Assembly: GCA_021432655.1 (NCBI GenBank)
Contig: MU271244.1
Location: forward strand, 62,214 to 125,764
Direction: 5' to 3'
Length of the DNA stretch: 63,551 bases
From: Atractiella rhizophila
Lineage: Eukaryota
Translations under genes and position numbers: made by a program
Notes under the pieces: model-generated
What the model saw: the letters and a program-made list of their open reading frames with translations, nothing else
What the model was told of the DNA's origin: nothing
Databases searched by the model: none
Shown here: one piece after another, positions 1 through 11,877 of the stretch
Layout: each line of letters begins with the position of its first letter
How positions within the stretch are numbered: position 1 is the first letter of the stretch

Positions 1-3000
1 GTTCCGAAGAAAGTATATCGACATTTAAGGGACGGAGATGTTCTCATTCTGAATCGTCAACCCACTCTTCATAAGCCCAGTATGATGTGTCATGTTGCGA
101 AGGTCTTGACCGGAGAAAAGACAATTCGAATGCATTACGCCAATTGGTCTGCACTCCATATCTTTCCCTGATACCTATTTCCTGAAGATGATTTTAGCAA
201 TTCATATAATGCCGACTTCGATGGAGACGAAATGAACATGCACTTCCCTCAAAACGTCATTGCTCAAGCTGAAGCTCGCCTCATCGCCAATACAGATAAC
301 CAATACCTCGTTCCGACGTCGGGAGGTCCGATCCGTGGCCTCATCCAGGACCATATTGTTGCTGCGGTCTGGATGACAAACAAGGAGACCTTTTTCACTC
401 GTCAGGAGTATTATCAACTCATTTATGGCGCGTTAAGACCGGAATCTGACTACACTGGGGAGGGGAGGATAATCACCTTGCCGCCGACGATTTGGAAACC
501 TCAGAAGCTATGGACTGGAAAGCAAATAGTTCGTTCCTCTTTTACTTATATTAATTCTGGAGCCTCATGTCTTCCACCAGATCTCAACAGTCCTAAGAAA
601 TATCACTCCTCGCAAGTTTAGCGGACTCAACATGTCCTCTGGGACGAAGGTTGAGGCAAAATACTGGGGTCCTGAATCAAAGGAGGACAAGTTCATCATC
701 TCGGATGGCGAACACATCTGCGGTATCCTCGATAAAGCCCAATTTGGAGGCAACGGACTCGTCCATGCCGTGTACGAGGTTTTCGGTGCTTCAGTGGCAG
801 GAAAGTTGCTCAGCATCCTCAGTCGACTCTTCACGAAGTACCTCCAGCATCGAGGGTTCTCNNNNNNNNNNNNNNNNNNNNNNNNNAAAAGCTGAAGCTA
901 GATAAAAAGCTATATCGAGAGCGTCCACGCGCTGAAAGACGTAGTCAAACTAGGGGTCGACTAGGACGGCTCTGGTGTCTGTAGAGCAGTAGCGAAGGTC
1001 GTCGCCGGCACAGCAGCAGCAGCATTAACTGGAAAACGGAGCTGACACGACGGGCAAAGCGTAGCAGCCGTAGCGGCAGAAGTCCCAGGAATAGCAGCAG
1101 TGGAAAAGATGGTTACCCTGCCAGAAGAAGAAGGCGACTCGCAAGCGGAGGACGGCGAAACTCCCCTGCTGGGAAAGGATCTCAACAGGGACTTAAAAAC
1201 CTGAGGGACAAGGCAACTGCGTCGAGGAACAACTACAGCCGAAGTTTTTACCCGTGCTTCGACCACACATCCGACCTCTCTTGACAAAGTCTTAGTTACA
1301 CTTTAAGGAGGTCTATGAGGTGAAGTCCTATCTTCAACTCTACTTACAGCATCTAGGAGCAAGCGGGTAGAAGAGGGACCCTAAATAGCCTGTCGGCAAG
1401 AAGATGCTGTTGCCTGAGTTATTAAACCGACTCTACCTCTCGCCTTCAGAACCACGTTTTAGCAGAGTCAGCTAGGACTAGCAAAACTTGCAGCCCTCCT
1501 TCCTTCTCTGCGTAACAGCCACAAAAACCTCAAACCCTCCGTCAGTACTATTAAAGAGCCTCTGCTCCCTATGGGTTACAGTGTAATCGTCGAGGTTTTG
1601 GACTTCGCCTGAGTTGCACTCTTGCCTTACTTTCTACCTTGCGTGGTCTATTTACTTTCCACAAGTTACAGTAGACGCAGCTGCCAAGGGGGTTGTGATT
1701 TACAGGGAGTCAACAACTGTCTAAATTGACAGCTACTGTGTTGAGTGGAAACTCTCCGGTCGTCCGGCTGACTAAGAGGGCGAAGGTGGTTCGATGCGTA
1801 TATGGCGTGTAGGTCGTATGAAACCTTCCGGCTACCAGCTTAGTAGAAACGGTTGCGGAAAAGGCACTAAAGCGGAGAAAGAAAAAAGAAGCCGAACTCA
1901 TCAAACAATCCTAAGCAGAACTACATCCGAACGCGAAGGCGCATCATAAAGAGTCTGCATGAAGGTTCCATACGGCAACCTAACTTGAAGCTATTTCGAC
2001 AAAGGTAGCTGCTCCTTAGCCCACTGAACTTCTATGAGAAGCGCATTACGGGACGTTAAAGTAGTTATTGAGACGGAACTTCTAGAGACCCAGATATCTT
2101 GACTCGCTCTCTCAGCATCAAGAAACGATGCTTAAGCTTTAGTATGTCGTTCGAAGACGAAACACTGCAGCTCTCTTAGAAGCGGCATTAACTTAACCTC
2201 TTACCAGGATAGCGATAAGGCTTGCCACACCAGCATTACTTGAGCTTAGGGAAGATTTACAAACTACTCTGTAGCAACTTCCATCGGTCTAGCTGATCAA
2301 AACTGCCGCCATAGCTACTCTGGGAGGGCGGGACGGTATGTTACCTTCATCATAAGGACACCGACCTAGGGGCAATTCTTTGCAACGCGTTGTTTTGGTG
2401 GTCGAGCTCCTGCCCAGAGTTTCCGAAACTTTCTGCCCTCCCAGAAAGGTGATTGGTAGCAGCCATGTGCTGCGGGAAGCTCGCGAACGACTGGATTGCT
2501 GCTCCTCTAAACTCTCCGTAACTGTTCTGAAGGAAAGCGAGGGCTTTAGCAGTAATCGACGTAAACTAACGCGCCCTTGTCAAAGCTCTCTGGTCGAGGT
2601 CACGTTACGAACAAGCGGAGACGGGTGTTAGGACGGTATCGACAACTTTATCAGCATAGGTCTGGTCGACTGAAAGACAGCAGGGAGTTTTGAAGGAGGT
2701 AGGAGTGAGCTTCCAAGCAGAGTTTGAGACCCCATAGGGAGAACCGAAACAGATCAGGATGTTTGAATATGTTGCGGAGGTTACAGGCAAGTACTCGAAG
2801 GGGTTCTCAAAAAAAGGAGAAGTAGAGCCGAAGTCCAACTTCATGCTCTAGAAGCTGTGGCGTACTCTTGGGAGCTACGACCTCCATGAAGCACTTCTGG
2901 AGAGGATGCGTGCGCTAGAAGGCGAAATCGTTACTTCCTCTCGTTATAAATACGTCTCCCAGGTACAGTTCGATAAGGATGCTGGCCAATGGTGCAAGAT

Positions 3001-3755
3001 GCAGTTCGAGGTACGCATTACTCCTCTACATAAGTGCTCAAACAGAAGTTGTATCAGCTCGGAGCGAATCAACCTAAACTTCTATTAGTTGGTATCGCTG
3101 AGAAAGCTTGTTCCAAGGCAGTCGTTCGAGCCATTCCGGGAATCGCAAATTGCTACCTAATAGAGCCCGAAAACAAAAATGAGGAGGTAGGCACGCCTAT
3201 ATGTGTTGCATCAATGGCTGACGCTTATTTCAGCGACATCTCTTCACAGAAGGAGCCAACATTCGGGCCTGTTGGGAATTCGCGTTTGGTACTGCAGACT
3301 TGACTAAGCTAATGTCCAACGATATTGCGGCCATACTAGAGACGTACGGAGTTGAAGCAGGTAGAGCTAACATCATAGCGGAGATGCGTGGCATCTTTAA
3401 AGCCTACAAAATCGACGTTGACTTCCGCCATCTTTCTTTGATTGCTGATTATATGGTGCGTTGAAATTCCAAGACAACCAGCTATCTGATCCTTTGTTAG
3501 ACTTCGGAAGGTGGCTTCAAACCTTTTAGTCGACGCGGAATAGCTACAAGCTCCTCCCCTTTTGCGAAGGCGTCCTTTGAGACAACGGCTGACTTCTTGT
3601 CCGAGGCTGTTCTTCATGGCGACTTCGATGATCTACTCAATCCTTCCGCCAATATTGCTATTGGTAAAACTATGAAAGCAGGAACCGGAACTTTTGATCT
3701 TCTCAGTTCTTTCCAGAAAACGGTTAAGGATAAAAAGGAAGAATTCAGTTATTGA
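1..3755 (+). CDS. RPA190: RNA polymerase I largest subunit (5'-partial, multi-exon; middle part present only as mirrored sequence 887-2898)
   Basis: Catalytic [16 protein letters not shown] at ~205-252; [35 protein letters not shown] up to the gap. The reversed block encodes [36 protein letters not shown] and [15 protein letters not shown]. C-terminus has [35 protein letters not shown] and GTGTFD; TGA at 3753-3755. Confidence 0.97.
862..886. other. Assembly gap (25 N)
   Basis: Run of 25 n. Confidence 1.
887..2898. other. Mirror-image (reversed, not complemented) segment holding the middle of RPA1
   Basis: 2898->2865 read backwards equals 828-861 exactly (34 nt). Backward reading continues FSCGVEDLVLQPEAEM...[46 protein letters not shown]. 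Confidence 0.98.
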
Positions 3756-4044
3756 TTCTGATACTTGCTAGCTTCGTTGTTTACTTCGACTGTTCGATTT
3801 TTTATTGCAACCTTTGCAATAATCGGATTAACATATGTTGGATGGATATTGTATGAGGTCTCGATGTAGTAAACTAGTTGATGACATGAGGTGTTAAGCG
3901 TTCTTAACGGAGTTTATGCAGCCAAAGAGGTAATTATGAGGACATTCACCTCGTAAAGCAATGGATGTTAAATATTTTACACAAAACACGAAATACTTGG
4001 CAAAGAGAAAAACCAAGAACGGTCATCAAAAAACACACTGAAGT

Positions 4045-4731
4045 CTAAAAGGCGGTAGAGACGCGCTTCCATGAAGCAGCAACTTTCCTGCCCTTCTCAC
4101 GCTCTTCCGGTTTCACTTGAAACATCACTTGATCGTTCCCTTCAGCCCGTGCCCCACTCTTTGGAAGCCACCAGGAACCATTTTGACTTTGTTTTTGCCT
4201 CTGCTTCTTCGACGGAGAATTTGATGGTATGGGAAGCGATGGTCGACCCGAGCTGAATGACCTCAGCCCCCGCGGGAAAGAATAAACAGGACGACGTACG
4301 CCTCTCCACCCGATTTTGACCAGGGGAACAGTCTCGACACTCGCTTCCTCGACTTCTTCACTTTTTCTTCCGCTTCCTCCTTTTCTTCTGCACTACTACT
4401 CCAAGTTGACTCTGACTTGAACATCGACATGTACAATGAACGTCGTCCTACACGTGGGCTCAGTTCGGGAGAACTGGAGTTGAGGGGAGTGGTAACGGCG
4501 CGGGAAGGAGTGGATGAGTTGCTGACTGGGGTGGCATGAGGGGTGGGAGGGTGCAGGAGAAATGATAGCTGGGAGACATTATAGTCTTGTGATGACGCTA
4601 CCACGGTAGCGACGGAATGAGCGGAAGAATGCAGGAGAGGAGGTGAAACGAACCGTGCAAATGGGACTGAGCGGAACGTATCGCTTGGTGGTGGTTGATG
4701 GAGGAGTGCCTGGAGCGGTTTGAAGCAGCAT
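4045..4731 (-). CDS. Hypothetical Ser/Pro-rich protein (structure uncertain)
   Basis: Low-complexity ORF 4263-4604 plus a possible upstream ATG at 4731; no recognisable domain. Confidence 0.3.
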
Positions 4732-6242
4732 CACTCCACCCTTCGTCATCCCACATATTTGCTCTTATTACTGAATGTCACAGTTCTACTTTCAGCGAAG
4801 CCGCCCTTTTATGAGGGAAGCCATCAGAAACAGTGCACTGGTTACTGAAAAGGATCTCGCCCGCTTATTGAACATTTGAATGGTCATGAATGACTGGCTT
4901 CTGTCAACCTACTTGGCTTGCAATCATAGAACGCATAATGCTGCTTCGTCTCCACTGGAGCCGAACTTTACAATTCAGACCTGCCAGCCAAGCCAGAGGG
5001 CAAATGTGCTCGCGGAGCTTGACCGCAGTCGGAAGAGGACTGGATCCTAAGGAAGAAAGGTTAAAGAATAATATCTCACCAGCTCGCCCACTGACTCACT
5101 TCCCAGAGCCCAAAACTGTAAACTTTTACAGATGTGGCCTTGGCAGCGAAGACGTGTTTTTGGATGGAGTCTTTCACCGAAGTTATGGAAGATGCGAACT
5201 ACAAACACTCAGCACTAGCAGGACTGTGTTCCCGCAATCGGCAATCGTACGATATGAATTTGATTCTGCTCTATGACTTTGGATGAGCGGTGATACAGAA
5301 ACTGTCATTCCACCTCTCAGCATGGTTACAAGTTGTTGTCAACTTGAATCAATTACCAGCTTTAGCCGAGTACGTCTGCGGTATTAGTTTCCTCATGCAT
5401 GACAATGCATAGCAAAACATTAACAATGTCGAAGCAGTAGTGTCAGATGATCTGGTGAACCCTGTTCCAGCTCAATTCAGGGCATGTCTAGCCCTAGACA
5501 TTAGTATTAGTGTTGACCGTCCATGGAAGAAAGGGACGAGCTTTTGTGACTGACAGATGCAGTCTGGTAGGCAGAACGGCGAGGCGTCCTTCATCAGGTT
5601 GGACATATCATGCCTTCACATGCTTTGAGAGTGTCGTCATATAATCTCCATGTGCGTTGAAGAAACTGTATGAACACGAATTTGAGAAAATTCTTAAGCG
5701 AAGACCTAAGGGCCTGCAAACAGGAGAGAGGTGCCTAGCCTTCATGTGTCAACACATCCACTGTGAGGCACGCTTCAGCCATACCTCTCCTTCCATCAGC
5801 ACAGTTCGCATAACGCTAGATAAATGGTCACTTGAAGTATAGAGAAACAAGGCTCACCTCACCGAGTCGGACGAGAGTTTCTACAACTCAAACGACTCAA
5901 TTCCCCATAATCTTTCCCCATGTTCTCCTTCATTGACTCTGGCCTTTTCATTTCTCATAACAAACCAAGCGAACCTCTTTTGAACCCCTTGAACGTTGTT
6001 CGCAATCGTCAGTTTCACAATAAAAGAAACCATGCCCGAAATGATGCCTGGAAGCACGAGGCACGAGCTCGGAAGGATTCTGTACTATAGTCACATTAAT
6101 TCAAAAGCATTGACAAGACTGTGAATCTATTTATCCTAGGATATTGTACAAACTTCGGTACATAAGCAATGCAATGACAAAGTGACAATGGTCTCTCTCT
6201 AGCATGATCTGATATCCACAGTTTGAACTTAAATCCGGGAGC

Positions 6243-8432
6243 TCAAAGCATTACGACTCCGACGCGTCCATCTCTCGCAATCATTCCCAACACCTCTGTG
6301 GGCATACTTTCCGTGTTTGAATCGTGATACGACGGTGGTGGACCGGCCTGAGGGGGAGGAGGACCACTGACATTGACCTCCACCTCAGGATGGTGATGAT
6401 GATGGGGTGTCATGGGAGAACCAGCGTAAGGTGGTGGTCTCACGTCGCGGTCATCCATGTCGACTTCGGATTCAGACTCCTCCTCGCCTCGATGCCGTTC
6501 TGAGCCAGAGCTGGAGTAGCTCGAATTCATGCCTTCAGGTGAGATGAAATGCTGAGTCACTTGGTTGTTACGTGGGGGTGACATTTCTCTAGGGTATGGA
6601 GAATGACGATGATGGTGGAGGAACCGATGATGCTCGTTCAAGTCCATTTCTACAAAGCCTTCGAGTTCGGATTCGGCGTAGACTTGGGGAGGGCTGTTGA
6701 CAGCCGAGCTGTGGGTTTGAAGATGATGTTCATGTTCTAGAGAGGGCACATCCATCGGATTGCCGCCTTGTAGAGCGAGGGAAAGGCTGGATGCGTTGAT
6801 GGGAATTAACATGAAGCTCTCCCTCGAACTGTCACCAGATCCAAAGGAAGATCGGTGGGGATGGTGAACATGCTGTGGAGGATACGCATTGGACGGTTCC
6901 GCTTGCTGGTGTCCATCGTTGCTGGACGAGCTCCCAGATGTGTTGTAGGCGGTAGTCATTCCCGGCGCAGGAGGAGGTGACTCGTCCTCATCAATCGTAG
7001 GAGGCGGCAAACAAAGATCGGCACCTGTCGATAGTTCCTCGTAGCCATCGAATTCTTCCTCCCCATCCACAGAGCTATCAATTTCCATCCAACCACCCGC
7101 TCGGCTTCTTGAGGTGCCAGCATACGCGTTGCTGTCTTCCAACCACGACTCTCGATAAGCAGGGACAGTGTTAGGATTATCCGTTCTCAATGGCGTCTGC
7201 AGGTCCTCCCAAGCAGGCGGATCAGGTAAGCTTTCCTCATCCATCAGTCTCTGCTTCTCGCTCGAAATTCCCGGTGGAGGAACATCTGGCAAAATTTCCA
7301 GTCTCTTCTCCACCACCACATCCCGTCGCTCGCTACGATCACCCAATCCACTAGTCATAGCGACTGTCACCCTGACATAAAATTCGACTTCATGAAGTAT
7401 TGTGCCCTGGCTAATAGTTTCACAAGGGGAGCCGGAGGATTCGAGGGAGGAGAGGAGATGGAGTTGAAGCTTGATGACAATGGGGCGAGTTGGGGAAAGC
7501 CGGCACGATTTTCCTGAGCGCCACAGAACGGTTTCTAGTTCTTGAGCTGCAAAATCCGGTTCAGAGCCGTCTTCGTCGTCCGAATCGAAGGGTGCGTTGA
7601 GCGTGCGAACGACACGCACAATCTCAGCTGTGATGTTTCTCAAGCGAAGTTCCTTGATGATTACTACGTCCCCGACAGGTGGTGGAATCTTCGCGACGAC
7701 CTGAAGGTTGTCGCTTTTCCTCAGTCGAGTTTTGGAAAGCTTGACAATGACGGGTATAGGTTCTTGTGCGGTCACTGTCTGTGGATTATAGTCGGCTGTA
7801 GATGTTGAGGAGAACGCGGAAGGCAACGGTCCCGGAGGAGTATAACGAGTGAGGTGAATGGGAACATCACGTTCCAGAGGAGGAATTGAAGGGTCAGCAA
7901 AGTGCAGGCGGGCTATAAGAAAGTATTCGAGGTTAGAACTCGACGGATCGTGAGTCAGGTGGACGCAGTGTGGGAGGTCTGAGGTGAGCTCAAACTCGAA
8001 GGGCAGCGTCGAAGGAGGTCCATCGTCTGGCTCCACCTCTTCTTGAGTCAAAGTGGAAGGTCCAACAGCGGCTCTCGCAGCTTGGGCGACTTGGAGCGAA
8101 TTCTCCCAAAGGATTTTGGACTGTTCGGTCAGTTCGACCTCCTCCCCATTCCCCCTCTCTATCCCTCGAAATTGAATCTCCACCTTGCTGAATTTGCCCT
8201 TCCCCGCCTTCGAAGCGTTTGCTTTCGAATCGCCACCACCTTCAATAATTTTGATCTGCAATTCTCCCTTTAGTGCCGAGTCGGTGTGGCCGAGGAAACC
8301 GGTTTGAAAAGAGACGGAGTTAGGCAGGGGCGTGATGTTGAAGAGAACAGTCGACACCCCTCCTTCTTCAGGGGGGTCTTCGAATAGCTGGTGTGAAGAC
8401 GAGGACGACGTGTATTGTGGTGGCTCCGCCAT
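6243..8432 (-). CDS. Alpha-arrestin-like protein with PY motifs (putative Rsp5/Nedd4 adaptor), 729 aa, intronless CDS
   Basis: Arrestin-like strands LKGELQIK, KVEIQFRGIE, LPFEFELTSDLPHCVHL, LEYFLIARL; PPxY motifs PPQY (N-term), PPPY and PPSY in a disordered tail; probable 5'-UTR intron (gtaagt...cacag, ~8439-8527). Confidence 0.7.
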   Translation of the reverse strand: MAEPPQYTSSSSSHQLFEDPPEEGGVSTVLFNITPLPNSVSFQTGFLGHTDSALKGELQIKIIEGGGDSKANASKAGKGKFSKVEIQFRGIERGNGEEVELTEQSKILWENSLQVAQAARAAVGPSTLTQEEVEPDDGPPSTLPFEFELTSDLPHCVHLTHDPSSSNLEYFLIARLHFADPSIPPLERDVPIHLTRYTPPGPLPSAFSSTSTADYNPQTVTAQEPIPVIVKLSKTRLRKSDNLQVVAKIPPPVGDVVIIKELRLRNITAEIVRVVRTLNAPFDSDDEDGSEPDFAAQELETVLWRSGKSCRLSPTRPIVIKLQLHLLSSLESSGSPCETISQGTILHEVEFYVRVTVAMTSGLGDRSERRDVVVEKRLEILPDVPPPGISSEKQRLMDEESLPDPPAWEDLQTPLRTDNPNTVPAYRESWLEDSNAYAGTSRSRAGGWMEIDSSVDGEEEFDGYEELSTGADLCLPPPTIDEDESPPPAPGMTTAYNTSGSSSSNDGHQQAEPSNAYPPQHVHHPHRSSFGSGDSSRESFMLIPINASSLSLALQGGNPMDVPSLEHEHHLQTHSSAVNSPPQVYAESELEGFVEMDLNEHHRFLHHHRHSPYPREMSPPRNNQVTQHFISPEGMNSSYSSSGSERHRGEEESESEVDMDDRDVRPPPYAGSPMTPHHHHHPEVEVNVSGPPPPQAGPPPSYHDSNTESMPTEVLGMIARDGRVGVVML

Positions 8433-9603
8433 ATTCCTGTGAACACCACATAAAACGAATCAGCCGAGAGTCAAAGGCTGGAAGTGACGCCACCGATCCC
8501 ATGAGCAGAGGAACAGAAGAGACTTACCAAACCACCTAAATTACTAATACAAGCAATGTAAATCCTAATCCAACTTTCCTACGACAAGGATTGTGACGAG
8601 ATGACTAGATGCCTGTGTGCCAATTGAGCAACCTCGCTCCTTGGACATGTAGGGAAAGCGCACAAATCAGAGTGGCGCTAGCCAGAGAGGAAAGAGTTAG
8701 TCGGCGATGGTTAGCAGAATAATCATAAAGTGTTATCGAAAATGGTTGTTGCGTGTGCGGACGGTGCACAACTTGGCTCAGCCTGCTCAGCAATTAGTCA
8801 TGGACATCCGACCGCTGTTCCGACCGTCTCATCATGACATTAGCATATCATAAGGAGAGATTCTGATCGAATCAGCTGAATCAGCTTGACTTGTCTAGAC
8901 GTGTAGGTCTTAGAGGCTGAGGTGCGTGCTGTCGAATTTGCACGTTGGAACGTTCATCCTGAGATGCATATTTGCGATGTGGAGGTATTTCATGACACAC
9001 CTCCTCTGTTATGCTCACGTACTCGCCAATTTACCTAGGCTTGACAGTCTGGTATTGAACTGTGAAATGGTAGATATGCATACTCTGCTTCAAAGGCGAA
9101 GTTTACCGTCGGCGCTTCGCGCATTGCTCTCTAGGCCCAGAAACGATATCCCACATTTCTAGCCACAATGTGAACATGAACATGAAGTTGGAACTGCGTG
9201 GTTGATGCTACGGACGTGACGCGCTTCACATCTGCAACAGTTCTCCGTTGTTCTGGATAAGATCCTGAAATCTTATCAAGTACGACTGCGCATTGTCCTT
9301 GTTTGAGAATCCCAAACTTGAAGTTTCGTCACAATCAGCCTTGTGCTAGGTATTGTCGTCATTCCTACGCTGCTCACATTCACTCTGCCTATTTCAACCC
9401 TGCGATATAGCATATCTTGTCACGTTGTGAGAGATTTCGCTCCTGCCTCCATCATTCGCAGTCGCTCCACCTTGAAATCTCCAAAGCGATCCATTCTGAC
9501 GATTGCACCTTGTCATTACTACTCTCGAGTTCGCAAACTTACTCCAGGATCTTTAACAATCTTCAAGAAAAGATATTTTTCTAGCCCCTTCCTGAACCTT
9601 AGA

Positions 9604-10420
9604 ATGCCATCAACCGATCCTAGCACCAACCTCGTCTGGGTAGACCTTGAGGTCAGTTTCCCCATTCTCCAAGCCATACTTTTTACAGACTGTTTACAGA
9701 TGACTGGATTGGATCTCACAAAGGATAGAGTACTGGAAATTGCAGTTATAGTCACAGACAAAGATCTTAACCCTTTGGATGACGGTCTGACTTTCGTGAT
9801 CCAAACGGACAAGAGTGTTTTGGACGGAATGGGAGAATGGTCTGTCTTCCGATTTGATATGCCAAAATTTAACGAATTCATGCCGGAAGGTGCACGAAAC
9901 AGCATGGGCAGGCTTGTCCCATCCCTTCTGATACGACGTTATTTGATCGTTTCGGCTAGTCTGGGTTAACGGAAGCTTGTCTCAAATCGAGCGATAGGAT
10001 GGAAGAAGTCGAACTTCGAGTTCTTCGATACATCGAGCGCCATATTCCGAGACGAGGCACTGCGATTCTCGCAGGCAACACTGTTCACGCAGACAAGGCG
10101 TTCTTGAAGAAAGACATGCCTCGCGTTCACGACCACCTCCACTACCGCATCGTGGACGTCTCTAGCATCAAGGAGCTTTGCAAGAGATGGTATCCTGATT
10201 TGGAGGTTATTAAATCGCAAGGGAAGGATGATCACAGGTATTTATTTGTTCTCTCCTCCAGGGCTTCTTTCTCACCCTATTAGGGCTCTGACGGATATTC
10301 TGCATTCTATCGCTGGTGAGCCTTCCCCTGATCCATGCGTTCACGGCATCATGGAACGGAGCAGAGCTCAAGTTCTATCGATCAACTATCTTCAAAGAGG
10401 TTCCTTCCGAGTTGAAATGA
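9604..10420 (+). CDS. REX2: Oligoribonuclease (DEDDh exonuclease), multi-exon
   Basis: LVWVDLE/MTGLD, ILAGNTVHADKAFL, HLHYRIVDVSSIKELCKRWYP, HRALTDILHSIAELKFYR; TGA 10418-10420. Confidence 0.93.
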
Positions 10421-10941
10421 TGTATCCCTGCTTGCTGGTGTAAGCTTGGATTCCTCCCACTCAGCATTCACTGCGGTTGCTACCCCATCTATCCTTTCAG
10501 CTATTTTAAGGAGGTTGCGTTGTTCCAGCTGAAGAGGCGTTTCTCCTACTCTCCCCCATAACGAAGTCCGGATTCCACATTCAGTCACTGTCCACATACT
10601 AGTTTGCTGACTCTGAGATGTCCGACTTCGGCGTCATAACTCTCACACCACACACGGAAGGAGATAACCATTGCTGCAAAGCGAGCTTGCGAACCTGAGT
10701 GGCTAAGCAAGTTCGATTCTTTACCTAAGCCTCATTCAACATAGCCATCAGGTAACTGACCATGTAATCGACCTCCACCACGTCGGGTCAGGCAGGATCA
10801 GGCTATTCCTAGTGCCTCTGAAAGTCTGCAGTGTGGAGAACTATTTAAGAGACAGCCTTTCATGACATTCACGACACTCAACAGCCCTTCCATCCCGAAA
10901 CTCATTGAGAGGTACAGATATATCGATCGATCATACTCAAC

Positions 10942-11720
10942 ATGTCGGCTCCTTTCGTGGTCCCAAATGACCTACCAGCAACTCGACGAATCGTGACAGG
11001 GCACAACGACGAGGGGAAAGCCATATTCGTCAGCGATGAATCCTTCAACACTGATCCAGTTGGTCCTTCTGGCAGGCTTGGATTTAAGGTACGTTCCAGT
11101 ACATGCATAGCTGTCTAGACATTCACGACTTCGCGGATGGGAAGGCTTTGTACGAGACGGAGAAGACCCCTGGTGAGTCTGCATCTGGCGGTTCGTCACC
11201 TCATGCCAAACTGAAAGGAAATATCTAGCGAACAATGATAACCCTTTCAAAGACCCCATGTTCAATGCTCTGAGCGACATCGGGAACAAAGAGGGTACAA
11301 TCTTGAGGGTTGCGGATATGGCTCCGAAAGGAGAGAAGGCGTTCATGCATCGAACTGAGACTGTGGATTACGCCATTGTCCTGCATGGAGAAGTCACTGC
11401 GGTGCTTGACTCTGGGGAAGAAACGGTGATACGTGCTGGTGATATACTCATCCAACGTGGTGCATAGTCTCAAGCTCATGTTATAACCTGCCCTCCACTC
11501 ATTAAACGTTTCAGGCGTGACGCATGGATGGATCAATAAAGGAGAATCGTGGTGCCGCATCATTTTTGTCTCCATTGGTAAGGTATTTCGATCCTGACTC
11601 GACGTTCGTTCTGACTTCTTCGATGGAACAGCTTCTCATCCAGCCAAGGTTGGGGACAAGGTTTTGGGAGCAGAAGGATACGATCCTAAGATGCTGGCGA
11701 CTCCGGGACACCAAGCTTGA
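10942..11720 (+). CDS. Cupin-domain protein (Cupin_2 barrel), 5 exons
   Basis: RRIVTGHNDEGKAIFVSD, FMHRTETVDYAIVLHGEV, AGDILIQRGVTHGWINK motifs. Confidence 0.88.
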
Positions 11721-11877
11721 TCAAACTGAATGACGTAGTGTAACAAAGTCCATAAATTGCAACAGGTTCCTTGTCAATTGAGTCGTGGTAGTACATGATC
11801 CTTACCGCACCGAAATATCCACAATCGTAAACCCAAATAGTTGTAGACGCAAAGAGATTGACACTACGCCGAGTTCT

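Noticed and set aside
887..2898. Insertion, intein or mobile element interrupting RPA1, or genuine biological mirror DNA
   Set aside because: Fully explained as reversed RPA1 sequence beside an assembly gap. The short ORFs listed here (961-1287, 1710-1904, 2380-2631, 2605-2844) are spurious.
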